From assembly GCA_049724395.1 (NCBI GenBank), contig JAUGWO010000091.1, forward strand, positions 248,001 through 312,000: a DNA stretch of 64,000 nt, written 5' to 3'. Under the pieces are notes generated by a model that ran no database searches, was not told the DNA's origin, and saw only the letters and a list, made by a program, of their open reading frames with translations. Below are positions 35,642 through 48,940 of the stretch, one piece after another. The stretch's first letter is position 1. Every line of letters begins with the position of its first letter. A program made the translations under genes and the position numbers. This DNA is from Spongospora subterranea f. sp. subterranea. Its lineage: Eukaryota.

Positions 35642-38600
35642 ATGAAAGTTTCTCGCGAAATCAGGCTTGCAGTTCTAGCCCATGATCCTGTTTCACTTCG
35701 CGCTGCTTTGAGTTCAGCTGAACAACTTGGTTTGGATACGCATTTGATCAAAGCCGCTCGGTCAAGCCTGACGGATATGGAAACCGATGCATACGACGAA
35801 AATACTTCTCCTGTTCAGCCCAGTGCTTATGACAACAAGGAGGGAACCCCTTCTTCTTTCAGTCGATTGTACAAAGCGTTCCTACCTAGCACGAAAGTCC
35901 AAAACCAAATCCCATCGACGAAGCGGTCTCTAACTTTGGACCCCAGTGAAAACAAAAAGGTGACTCCGAAGTCCTGTTTCTCAATTTTTATCAGTCTCAA
36001 ATCTTGGGTGGTTAGGTGAAAAAGGACGAAATTGACTCTCAAATAGTTGAAGGCGAAGTAGAAAGTAGATCTAGCTCTGTCGTTGGTGCAGTTGACAGTT
36101 CAATCGCCTACAGCTTTGAGCGTTAACCAACATCCTCTGTTCGATGATAAATCCCAGGCATTCGATGATAAGTCTCAGACTTCGCGGATCATTCAAAACA
36201 TTCCTGCGGAGGGATCTCAATCCAAAGACTGCATACCAGATGGGGTTTCGCGATTCAAGAATGTCCTTCAGCCCGCACTCTCTGAAAAAATAGCTCGAAT
36301 TCGGTTGGAATCCGCAAAAGTTGATATCACTTGCAAAGACCTCACAAAGTATGCACCATCATTTATTACACAATGCAACACGTTTCTGATGTTGCTTTTC
36401 TTGAAGATTCATCAAACATGCTCACGAAGCACAGGAAAAAGTGGTGTCTGCGATGGCTGTATTAGCTGAAGAATCCAGCAGCATGAGCATTGTTAAATCA
36501 GGCATGACTCTTGACGCTCCGTGGTCTGACGCTTTCATCCAGCCGTCTTACTTGCTAATCCCTAATCGACGTTTAGGCTATTGCTTCGCGGACAGCTCCT
36601 CAGCAAAGTAGAACAAGATAAGGACATATTGCTTAAACTTCGAGAAGTAGGGCTGAGTACCTCAGTATGAATTCGCAGCTTGACATTCTTCTAGGATGCA
36701 ATGCTACCGGTTGCCACAGCAATTCCGTCAATAGAAATTGAAATCCGCTCTTTATTCGAGGAAGCCGCTTTCTTAGAATTGGAATGTAGCAAAGCTATGA
36801 CCGATATGGAAAAGTTTCACAATCGGGAAATCAAAGTACTCTTATATGGTCATTAGTTCAATATGTTTTTTTCATTATTTGTTTTAGTTCGCCGAATCAA
36901 GCAGGTCTACCGGGGAAGATAACGATAGCGTGGACATACCTTCGAGGGGGCGCCGAGCCAGTACAACAGCCATTCCAAACCATGATCCTCCTCTCACTCG
37001 AGAGCGAAGGTTCAGCGCAGTTCTTTTACGTAGGCCATCGCTTCTGGTACAACGTCAAGAAAGCAATCATATAAATCGCGAACAAGATAATGTGTGTTCG
37101 AAAGTTGAAGCGACTGTTATGTTTAAAAGAATGTATTGTGAATATTTGAAACGATTGCCAGAGGTATGCTCTTCATGGATCGCCTCAGTTGATATATCAT
37201 TTTGTCTCGTTTTCAGATCATTCAACGCGTTTACATCCTAAATGAAAAACGACTCAATATCATCAAGAGTGCGTTATCGGTTATCTGCGCCAACAAGCAA
37301 AACCATGCAGAATCCGAAGTAATACGTTCGTAACAAGTCAATTCAATTTTTTCATTAGAGATTTTAGGTCGGCAATATCCGGACACTTGCTGAAGTTGTG
37401 GGTCGCATTGACGTAGACAAAGATCTCAGCACGCTTAGAAGTCTGAGTGACACAGCTTTTGCAACAGATGCGGAATATACTTTATCCGCTTCAATGAACA
37501 GTTTACAGCCTGGGTTGTGCTCAAAATTTGACAGCTACTTTTTCGATCCTTCAAGATATCGATCCTATCCAGTCGATTTCTCGTCTGGAAATGGATTTGA
37601 TATCGCTCTTGATCATGTAACTTCACAGCTATCATCCGCATGTCCATCTTCCTGAATATTTTCAGGCGATTACCAGCAAGCAGACTGTATCAAGTTTATA
37701 TTCGTTAATTATGCTCTGGCTGCAGATTTTTCAGCAACAATCTGAGTCATTGACTAAAGCTGCAAAAACCGTTCAGTCTATGCCTGGAAACGCGAATCAT
37801 ATTGGCGATGGTCAGAATCGTGCACTGAATTCCCTTATCAAATCAACTCAGGTTAATGATGTGCTTTGTAATAGCATTGCTAATGCTAATTCCAAAACAG
37901 TTTCAATCAGCAAGCTTTCAAAAATGCTCAAACTCTCTTAATGATTCGGTGTTATTGTTACGCGATGAGAAGGTAGGACTAAAAAAACAACAATTGGAAA
38001 TTGCTTCAGTCTCACTTTCTGGTTATAGCAAGCGATCAAGCGACTTCATCGCTGCATTACAGAGGTCCGTAGTCGTGGAACAAGAGAACTTCACACCGTT
38101 CTGGCTGTAATATCATCGTCCACCTCTTTTTTATCGATATCACTCATCTTAGATTATAGCATGAACAAAGATGCAAAGAAACACGTGATCGACTAGAAAC
38201 CGAGTTTAACAAGTCGACACTGCTGATTAATTCTTCTTACGAAAACGCAAGTGGTTCAAACCAAGCTCAACTAGACAATATTCTGTCAAAAGTCGAGAGG
38301 GATGAAAAAAGTTTTCGCCAAGCGGATCTAACATTCCGCAATGCTCAACACTCTGTGCAAGTAAGTTCTGACCAGATGCATGTTTTCCTCTCTTGATCAA
38401 CCTCAATAGGCGACACAAGAAACCCAAGCAATTATGCACTGTCAGTTTCTGAGCCAATTACAACAGGCAGAGGAATCGCGTTTACATGTTTGTTCAAAAT
38501 CCATGAGATTGTTGGGTCAATCTGTGCATGATTTGATAAATTCCATTGAACAATCCGATTTGGATGTCTTGGCTGCATTTTCAGCCATAGATATCAACAA

Positions 38601-40395
38601 GGATTTGCGGCAATTTATCGAGGCGACGTACTCGTCTGGAGAGAAAATCGATGAGTCTGATTTCGTTGCGGACTACGTCAATGAACTTGCTGCTGACGGG
38701 TTTGGTCCAGCTTACGATCACACAATGGCAGGCTTAATGCAAATGAAATCAATGCTCATCATATTGGAGAATTGGGCGGATCCCATCGAATATTCTAGGA
38801 CGTTATCTAAGGTCAAAGTCAATCCATCGAGCACGGAACTGCCGTCAGTTCAGAACGCCTTGATACAATGCCAGCATCTGTAAAACACAATTTGTTGATG
38901 TTGGTTAGATGTTAAGTTGTTTTGTCAGTGTCATGGGTGTTTGCCAAGCTATAGAGGACCATGCCTCCAGCTATCGTGAAATCCTCACCAGTGTCTCCAA
39001 GCAGAGGCATACGTTGAAAGCCGAGGCTCGCAAGATTCGCAAAAACTTCGCCGCTGGTCATCGCCGCGTTACCTTGGCCACACATAATCATGGACAAGCT
39101 GTCGAGGCACAAAGAAAATACCTGGATAAGCTTCAGGTAAGTTCAACAGCAATGAAATATTTACCTGAAATTTGACATTTATATTAGACTGCTCGCGGGC
39201 AATCATCCGGTCCGAATCCTGGACAAACTATGTCCATGTTGAGCCTGACAAAGTTCTTCTCTCGAGATGCATCAAAAACTCTGCAGAAAGCTGAACAGGG
39301 TATGAACTCGTCTAAATGTTCATTGGAAACGTCGGTTCAGGAACTGTCATCGGCAATACATGAACGTGAAGTCACTGTGCAAACTACATTGCGCGGGCTA
39401 CAAGAAATCGAGGTTCACAGGGTGGCAGCTTTGCAATGGTGCGTCCCAACTCTAATGAACCATCGACATGAAAAGTTTGGGCAAATTGCCGAGCTGGCTC
39501 AAGCACTGCACGTCAAATGCAGCAACCTTGATTTATCGTCCGGCCTACAAAAGTTCATTACGGACAACTGTGCAGGGACACCTCCACCCACTTTTTTGAT
39601 TCAACGCGCCATGGACCTTGCCACTAGGAGGTGGGCCGATGGTCAAGTCAACAGTGCAATGAATTCCAGCAAATCAGTCAGTTACTGTAGCGAGGACGAG
39701 GAGGGCTACGTCAACCAGAACTTGGAGTCTTCCCCCGCCAACATCATCGATGAAGAACGTTGCGCAAGCCATGATGATTTGTTTGGAGGCAGCCTCAACT
39801 CGGCTTCTTTACAAAACGGCGTCGCCAAGGTTGTTACTACATGCATTGCGTTTTTAAGCATCAAGCAACAGGAACTCTCAGCCAATATTTTCCGAAACTC
39901 GGCTCCGCCTGAGGAAGTACAAGCCCTGGTTAACGAGTTCAGCCGTGATCAAAACCTTGCTCTGGTCACACAATCCACCGCCAGCGTCGCTTCGGTCCTC
40001 AAACTTTACATAATGCAATTGCATCCGTCGTTAATCCCATCTACTCGTGCTTCGGAACTGTTAAGCATTTATAAGAACGCGTCATCTGATCAAAGAGTTT
40101 CGAAAGCTCGTCAGTGGCTTGCGAAGCTCCCAGCTGTTAATCGCAACACTCTCAAGCTTATTCTTCTCTTTTTGTCGGATATGTCTCAATGTCCAACCTC
40201 TCAGGCCACTGCGGTAATCCATGATCCATCAATAGTCGCCGACTGAAATACTGAACATTTTACTTGCAGATGTCTATTACAAACATTGCAGTGTCCTGGT
40301 CCCCAGTATTGTTGAAATCGGCTGTTGGAACCACTATCCAAGCAGTATCACGTCTGCTTCATGATACTCCCTCAATCTTTTCAGAATCAGCATGA
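35642..40395 (+). CDS. Multi-F-BAR + RhoGAP protein, multi-exon (start approximate)
   Basis: Long helical exons with F-BAR C-terminal motifs. RhoGAP region CIAFL...ANIFRNSAP...VASVLKLYIMQL.PSLIP...LPAVNRNTLKLILLFL...MSITNIAVSWSPVLL. Confidence 0.75.
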
Positions 40396-41366
40396 GGATT
40401 ATTTTTAAGTTTAATGTCCTTTAATCCAGCGTTCAGTAATTCTAATATAATATTGTCAAAATCTTATTTATTCGAATATTTGCAACTATAGTAGTGATTG
40501 TGCCGCGTAAAGCTTTGGGCTTTGTCACCTACAGTTCGGGTTTATGTCATGGATGACCTCTTGATTGCATTTTGAATAATACTTCTACTGTACATAACTT
40601 GTGCAAGGGGCAAAAAGACTATGGAATGCATCAGAAAACGACAAGGCAAGCAATGATACGAGGCAGTTCCTTTGTCACAGCACGGGACCGCTGTTTCAAG
40701 GCTACTATCATACACGTTTGTGCAACGCGTAAATGTCAAAACTTTCAACGCGCATACGAGTGAATATTGAACAAAGGGATTGTCATGGGAACAACCACAA
40801 ACGTTCCCAACTGCCAATTACAAGGTACGGGCTGATTTTGCCTAGAAATCCTGGAATATGGTCATCGGATTCAGAGAAGGCAGAGTCATTGCGAAAACGT
40901 TGCGTGGATAATCTGGGACAAGCTGGAATAGCTCTCACACAAAATTCGTCCCAAGGTGCAGTCAAAACAACAACGACAGTTAGTTTACCGGTGAATCGTT
41001 CTTATCAATGAAACGCTGTAGAAAGAATGAAGATAGGTAGATAGGTGCAGTCTGGAGCAATAGCAATATTCGAATGACGATAATATCTGGGACACAACAG
41101 AGTGACGGCGATCTGTGGTGACATTAACTGGTATCGCAGCGACTCTCCAACTATGTCACTATTCCCTAATCCCAACAGATATATGTACTCCCTATTGTAA
41201 CATATATTCAATATGGGGTAACAGGGGGAGGGGATCACTTCATCCCCAATTCATTATTCGCTTTATTCATTTAGTGTCTCGCGTTGGCGAAATAACAAGG
41301 CGCGTGCCGTTGGTTGTTGACACAACGAAGGGAGGGGCAGTAGCTGATTGCCATTTCTCTGAAGTG

Positions 41367-42692
41367 ATGTCGCTTCAAACGCTCGGATTCTTGTTGGTGT
41401 TGATAGGCTGCGCGTACAGTCAACCGACAAGTTCGGGACAGTTCACGAAATCGGCAGATGGCAAATCATCGTCAGGAACGGTCGTCATCTCCGGTCTGGT
41501 TTTCAGCCCTTGCGTGACGACAAACTTTTCTTTCAGCCCCAGCGTACCGGCCAACCTTGCCGATAACAACCCAAACGTTGTTTTGACGTTGAGCTATACC
41601 TATCAAGCTGCTTCTCCTCAAGAAGTTCTGATCTCGAATGGAATTTCAATGGGTGTCGCATTAATGGCAGGAAATACACCAGCAGCCGCTACGAATTTAG
41701 TGATTTTCAATCCGACAAACGGAGTTGACGGTACCACGACGATATCTCTGGCGTCTGCTGTCAGGTTCGATACATTAAGTCTTCAGAGGATGAGCAACCT
41801 TAATGGGATTGACCAATGTGACCCAAAAGCTATATCAGCGCCAGGAGCCGTATTCGCAAACGTCAGGTTGACGCTGACGATTCGCGTTGGGAACGAGGCA
41901 GCAGCAAACAATGTAGCAGTCGCTAATCCTGGTGAGGGTGTAGTTTTGGCGTATTCCAAAGGAACTATGCTTGATGGATTCAAAGAATTTCCTTGGGGGA
42001 AAAGAACTTACACATTTGAGGCGGATCACATAGTAAGGTCATATTGCAGGCAGAACATGTTTTCTGACGTTAAATTTACAGGATTGGACACCGTGCGAGT
42101 ACATTGGGTTAACCTTCTATAATGTGGCTAAAAAGTACCATCAAAATGATTGTTGCATAATTCGTATTGAAGGTTTGACATTAGGTATTTGATGAAGTCT
42201 GTTACAGGAGTTCGTCTAACACTGCAAACGACAAGCGACATTACTGTACAGCTGCGTTTGCACGATGTCGGACAGGTAAGAACATCACAAAAATTGTGCC
42301 ATTGTTGCGAATCAATGCGATTACGACAGGATAAAGATGTATTTTCGAGCTTGATCACGATCAAGGCTTCGTCAACTTTTCAGCCGATGACATTTCCAAT
42401 TTCCGGATTGGCACCTACTATAAAGTTTGATCAAATTCTGATCGCAGAGAATCAAGGCATTCTGTGCTCTTCCAGTCCATCTCACGTAATGGTACAGGAA
42501 GTGGCGCTGGTAGGCTTGGCGGATCTGCCAACACAGTTTGTCCCTAGTATCAATGGAGTTCAACAAACTGCCAGCCCGAACAAAGATACCACAGGCGGAA
42601 AATCCAAGAACAGCGGCACCAATTCACAACTACTCTACGGGTCCCTGGCTCTTCATCTGGTCTCGCTATTAGTGGTGTGCCTCATGGCTTAG
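41367..42692 (+). CDS. Secreted, probably GPI-anchored surface protein of unknown family (at least 2 introns)
   Basis: Signal peptide MSLQTLGFLLVLIGCAYS; beta-rich S/T-rich body; polar spacer then C-terminal hydrophobic tail NSG...LLYGSLALHLVSLLVVCLMA*. Confidence 0.7.
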
Positions 42693-42841
42693 ATATACCC
42701 AAACTCAACACAATACAGCATGATAGTTTTTGTAATAGATGAACGTGAGACGACGAACGGCCCTTGACGATGATCTTCTCAGATAAGGTCTAGGCACGAT
42801 TAGATTGGGGGGCATATATAGACACACGATGATTTACAAGA

Positions 42842-42985
42842 CTAGTCCAGACGGCTCGCGACTTGGCGGAACACAAACGGAACTGACCGAATAAAGGCGA
42901 TAAATGCAGCGATCGTAAGCGCTTTGTACTTGAGGTCTTGCTTCAGCTTGTTGACATCTGGCCGCGATCTATCGGAGAAAAACAT
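42842..42985 (-). CDS. Small mitochondrial TOM complex subunit (TOM5 / plant TOM6-like), 47 aa, below the ORF-track cutoff
   Basis: MFFSDRSRPDVNKLKQDLKYKALTIAAFIAFIRSVPFVFRQVASRLD*. It has an MF start, PD motif, charged helix and a TM ending IRxxPF, as in animal TOM5 (LLRVTPF) and plant TOM6 (IIRAAPY). Confidence 0.7.
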   Translation of the reverse strand: MFFSDRSRPDVNKLKQDLKYKALTIAAFIAFIRSVPFVFRQVASRLD

Positions 42986-43791
42986 GGCTTATCGTTAACT
43001 GATTAAGAAAACACGGACTGGAACCTTCGGACTCCGTCGCGGAAAAAACGACCTTTTCCAAATAGGTAGGCATTCGTAGCCATTACCGTCACGGAAAGGG
43101 AAAATTCTACACATTGTTTTCACTTCGAGATGTAAACTTATTCAGCGCTTCAATCTGGAAGCGATCCCCAACATAGTTTCACGAATGTACAGCGGACTAT
43201 CATGCTGGTCCTTTGGTCAAGTGAACTTGGATGAATGGCTGAGTTGGACGGCAGCTATTCATCTCGCAATATTCGTTGTCAATGATCAGAAATTTGTATA
43301 GCAGAGTGTTATAGAAAAATTATACAGAGCACCTAGGGTCACGCCGAATTTATCAAATTTCAGGTTTGCTGTCTTCCAATTGACGGACGTTGTAGTTTCC
43401 TCTCGTTATCAAGCGCAACTTCGAAAGTGCATACGACCAGTTATGAAAAAAATACATAGACCTTTGAGATGATGGAGGTCCCGATCATGATAGTGATATA
43501 CGGTAGAGTTCGCCTTTGTACTGAGTTATTACCGAATCGCAATTGCATCAATTCAATGACAGGAGATCAGATCTCCACGACTGATATTAATTTGTAAATA
43601 AAAAAAATGCAAACGCTCGCACTTGATGAAATTGCTGAACAAAGTTTCTTGATACTGTATCTAGCTGCAACTTCATCATTTAGCGCTCTAACATGACATG
43701 AAAACATTTCGCAAGCACACTCAAAACGCCAAAATCTCAACGACATACAGTACTTCGGACGAACACAAAGGATGATAAAATGAATTAAAAA

Positions 43792-46700
43792 TTAAAATTT
43801 TGTAATCATCCGCTGCATATCTCGATCTGCCTGTGCAATTTCTCGAGGAATCTTGGCGCCGCTTTCGCTTAACACTTTCCGAAGAGCAGGAAAAAGTTCG
43901 CTGTCGCTGGCAGTGACAAATGTCGTTGCCAAACCCTGAAAATGAGATTAAATCGATTGGCTACATGACGAAAGCAACATTGTCAAACCTCTTTGCCGGC
44001 CCGACCTGTTCTCCCGACCCGATGCATATATATCTCGATGTTTTTTGGCGCGTCGTAGTTGATAACATGAGTAACGCCCTCAATATCAATACCACGTCCA
44101 GCAACGTCAGTTGCAACCAGGACATCGTATCTTCCAGCTTTGAATCCATCCAAACTCAGTTCACGTTGATCTTGAACTTTGCCACCATGCAAAACAGTAA
44201 CCTGACAGGCAAATTGAATTAAGCATCGCAAGTTAAATAGGATAAAAATGAAATTACCCAAATCCAAACAGAAACAAAACCGAAACTGCAAAACCGGAGG
44301 GAAACTCTCAAAATTAACCCACCTTGTACCCTTCAACAGTTAGAGTTCGCGCCATGGCGTCACAGCCAGTACGCTGATTCATAAATATGATTATTGGCGG
44401 CTTCGACGCTTGAAGCAGTTTCATGACCCGCCCCTTCTTGGCACTCTCCGAAACGAATTCAACACGCTGCTCAATCAACTCCACAGCCTTGCCTAAAACC
44501 AAAATTATTTATCACGCATGAACTTTTGTAATGAATATACCTGATCGATCACCGATGGCGACATAGGCTGGATTTCTCAGGTACATTTTTGCCTATCCAA
44601 ATAATAGTAACTACGAACGGTAACGCTTTTGAGCTTGAATGCTTACCATGCGCTCAACTTCGGGCGGCATCGTGGCAGAAAACATAAATGTCTGGCGATA
44701 AATCTGATCGACAACCGCCAGGCTTTCATCTTCCGGCCTAAGATTACTACTTGGCATTGCATCGAATATATCAGTAACCTGAAGTTACGTATCATGGGAA
44801 ACTAAAGCAACATGTTCAATGATGGTCAAACCTGTTCGCCGAATCCCTAAACTAGAAATTAATACAGTTACAGATGATTCGCAAATATCATACCATGTCA
44901 AGCATACGATCGGCTTCGTCCAGAACAATGTAGTTGCACTGATTTAACACAAGATATCGTTTGCGCAAGCAGTCGTTCAAACGGCCCTAAAATAATGAGT
45001 AAACAAAGCAACATTGGACACGGCAGTACCGGGGTGGCGATGATAATCTCAGCACCCTGCCTAATTTGATGCGTTTGCGCTTCCATTGCTGCACCACCGA
45101 CAATGCAAATGGACTTGAGACCAAGCCGGGAAGTAAACTTTACAACTTCATCATCAATTTGTTGGGCTAATTCACTGTTTGAAAAATGTTCAAAGGGATG
45201 TTGAACAGAAAATGAGAAAATTAACCGTGTGGGAGCTAAAATAATGGCGTATGGACCGTCTGCGGCACGACGAGAATCAAAGCGTGGTTGCTTTAAGATG
45301 TAGTGTATCATTGGTAAAATGAAGGCGCACGTCTTTCCGGACCCAGTCTCGGCAATTCCCATGAGATCACGGTTTACAGTACCGATTGGAATTGCAGCCC
45401 TGTCCCGATTTAATTAGGGTGTTAACAATCAGACAACAAACAGAAGTTGAACCATTGGAAAATGCTTCAGAAAAAACAAGAGAATAAATCTGCAAAAAAA
45501 TACAAGAAAATAGTCCGCGAAAGGGTTAAACCGAAATCGGATTGCCTCCTGAAAACCTTTGAATAGGAGTTGGTTCTTTGTATCCGATTTCCTTGAGCAC
45601 ATTGTGAATCCCAATCGGGAAATCCGCTTCATCCCAACTACGAAGAGGATGTGGCAGGCCTGTACCACTATGATGCACTTTTAGTAGTATACCGCATGAA
45701 AGTTGCCATCCGGGACAAACCGTGTGGAGATATTGAAATCTTCATTGAAAATTCGCCAATCACGAATTTCCATCTCTTCCAGAGTCTTTTCTGTCCAATG
45801 ACGATTTTTCATTTCTTGAGCATCGAGCTTCACACGCTGTCTCTCCAAACGGTTTTGAGCCTAGATTATACTTAATTAGAGCGTTGACCAAGAAGCGAAA
45901 CATGAAATTTCTGAAAACTGAATCAAATAATGATATGAAAACCCTTGAACCAACACACCAGAAAACAAATTACCTTTTCGTGATCTTTGATAGTATCAAG
46001 ATATCCATTGCGTTTGTCTTCGATTTCTTGATAGGCTTTGGAAGCCAATGTCTTTTGAACATGACGATCACTCCCAGCAAAATATCCACGGCCAAACCCT
46101 AATGTAATCCTGATAACACAGTAATTTCAGCTGCAGCATGATTTTGTTTGAAGGAACAAGCGAGCGCACTATATTTTCAGAAGAAAAAACTGAACTTCCC
46201 TTTAAACAGTAAGATTTTTCAATTCATGAATGATTGGTCGCACAAACACAAAAATATGTCGAAAAAACAATAGATGGAAAATTGACAACTGACTCATGCT
46301 TGCGATTGTAAAGTGGGTTTAAATCCGTGCTCGTGTCTTCACAAGCATCCCACTCGAACATGAACTTGGACCGCGATGAAGCTACTGTCCGGCGCTTTTT
46401 CTTTTTCTCCTTTTTTCTAAAAAAAGTTCAGCAAAAGGGAAAACGCCACAATCACAACGAGCGAACTAAACGGTAGCTCCATGAAACGGCAAAGAACAAT
46501 AACAGAAAAAGTATGGGAGGAAGAAATTGGGCAAATCTGGGATTACCCTAAATAAGATGATTTGATCAATGCGACCTCTTTTTTGCCAGCCTCAGCAGCT
46601 GCAATTTCAGCAGAGGAAAGAACTGGAGCCGCAGCGACAGGCTGCGCAACCGTGGAACGCGATCCGTTTTGTGAGAGGGCAAGAGCCGACGCCTGAAATC

Positions 46701-47195
46701 GACACTCTATCAGTGTCTGTGATAATTATGCTTTGTTTCAAGAAACCTCGTTTCGCCGCCGTTCAGCAAGCCGATCTAAAGCTGCCTGTTCACGTAGCCT
46801 TTTGCGTTCATCTTTTGAAAGGAAAACTGGCCGCTGTAATGCGTCCTCTGCAAAAACAGAAAAACAACTGAGTTGAAATTTCAACATGCAAATTAGATTA
46901 GCTAAAGTATATAGCCACCAAACGAAGTGTTAACAATTCACTAATGGCTGAAAAAATTACACAAGATAATTAGGGGTTTCAACATCGATTGGCGAATTCT
47001 TGAATGAAAGTAAAACAAAAATAAGAAAAACCCCCTCATAGATATGTAAATAAGAGCACCACCTTCTTGTTTACGATTTCGTTCAACTTCGTCAAGCGAA
47101 ATGGGCATGCGACGCTTTTCGCGAATTTTCTGCTCCCGTTCTACGATATCGGCGTTTTCGTCATCTACTATTGTTGGCGGACTCGCGGAAAGCAT
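43792..47195 (-). CDS. DDX23: DEAD-box splicing helicase Prp28/DDX23, many exons (start approximate)
   Basis: [124 protein letters not shown]. Confidence 0.93.
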
Positions 47196-48940
47196 TCTGA
47201 CAACGCCAATCACAATATTCCAGGTGATTGTACGGCGACACAATCAGTCTCCGTATATTCGTTATTGCGCTGATCCCCACGCCGGTAACGCTGGAGTGTA
47301 GAAAGGGGATGGCGCAGCCTCTCCCTGAGCGGCACCATCGCCACTCCGCAGACATGACCGTTCCCTGCATTTGCCTTTTTTGATTGCATTTGCGAGGCGA
47401 TCTGAAGGCACACTCTCACCTCTAGATGTGGGATAACACCTAATGGTGAGCCACTCGAGATGCGACTTCATGGCGATCGTCTGAACATATTGTCGCACCC
47501 GTTGCAACTACAGTACTGTTCATAAAACCATTAACTCTACGCCCGAGTGTTTTTTTCAAGTAGCTTTGAATTGAAATTCCTTGTTCCACTTCCGTTTGAA
47601 ACTGAATACCATTTAATTTTGGCGAGCAGCTACTTAAAAATTTCTCTCCGTTGGTTCATGCCACGCCAACTCTCAAAACTGTAAAATGTGTGTACATGAA
47701 CTTGCGATGAAATTTACGGTTGAATTGTTCGGTTCTCAACCCACAGATTCATACATATTACATCCCTTGTTCACATTAACGTTGCTGAAGTCGCTATGCC
47801 ATTTTTTTCCTCAAATGCGGACGTAAGAATGAGCAAGGAAAGCGTTGGTGTTCGACCACGGTTTATCAATAACAAAATTCGCCGCGCTGAAAACCGCTCA
47901 AAATTGAATTTGATTCATCAATCCGACACAGTGTTTGGGTGTTTTAATACCGAACAATAAGACAGTTAGTGAATGAAGGTGCGGAAAAGTGTGATGCGTT
48001 TGCCTAGTGATATCACTCCAGATTGCGCATAAGCAGGAAAGATTTCCTCATGATACGTTTTTCAAACAACATGATTTGAACGGAGATAACCACTCAGATT
48101 CCGTTTAATCAAGGTGAAGAATGACCAAACCACACTAATTCGCAGTGATTGCCACAATTTCGTATGTTACTCAAGGTCTGATGCGTGTTTTCGCATTTGA
48201 GATTCTGTTCACCCATACCGTCAAACGTGAAGGTGGACATATGATCCAAGAACTAGCGAATTCCACATATTTTATAGCGTTTACTGTAGTCTGGAAAAAC
48301 AAAGAATTTAAATTGTGCGTCCGCAAATATCGCAGAGCGTTGGCGGAGGAACCCCTATCGTATTTTTTAAAATTTGTGCTGTGTACCAAAACCCTCGGTT
48401 TGTTGATCTGCTGGTAACGCTTAACGGAGTTGAGAGTTTCTGACATTGGGATATACATTTGCCAACAGACTACGAACGAGCGTCGCTTTCCGTCGTGTTC
48501 TGCTGCTGTTTAATAAAACAATGCATTGCCAAATATAGAATATATCAACGTGAGTATGCATTTAGATGCTTGGAATAGTTCGAGACTTTATTCAGGTTCC
48601 TCCCTTGATATTACGGAGGATTCGGTCAGCACAGAATGCCCACAAGAATCAGGTTTGAGTATGATTTTTACTCCCCCATCGGCGACCTGTCTGTCTTCCA
48701 AGTGCGGCCTCCGTGACAGAGCCCCATGGAAACGGCGACATTTCACGCCGATCCAGTGTTGCAGTGTGGCGGCACCCCGTCCCAGAGTAAAAGTGACTTC
48801 GGCTTCTGTCGCGCAACAAATTGTTTGACCCAGCTTACGTACATTAACTTATTTTGTGGATTCAAATCGGCATCGAATCCGGTTTGACAGTTGTATCTCG
48901 TTGTTAATCGCGCCGTGCTTCGTGCCCAAACGGTAGCGCT

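Noticed and set aside
41115..41366. N-terminal extension of ORF 41115-42122 (likewise 33442-33585 and 21179-21232)
   Set aside because: These start at non-ATG codons in a eukaryote; the downstream ATGs directly precede signal peptides and are preferred.
47520..48900. Possible small gene between DDX23 and clathrin
   Set aside because: Splice-like signals are present, but no coherent or recognisable protein could be assembled.
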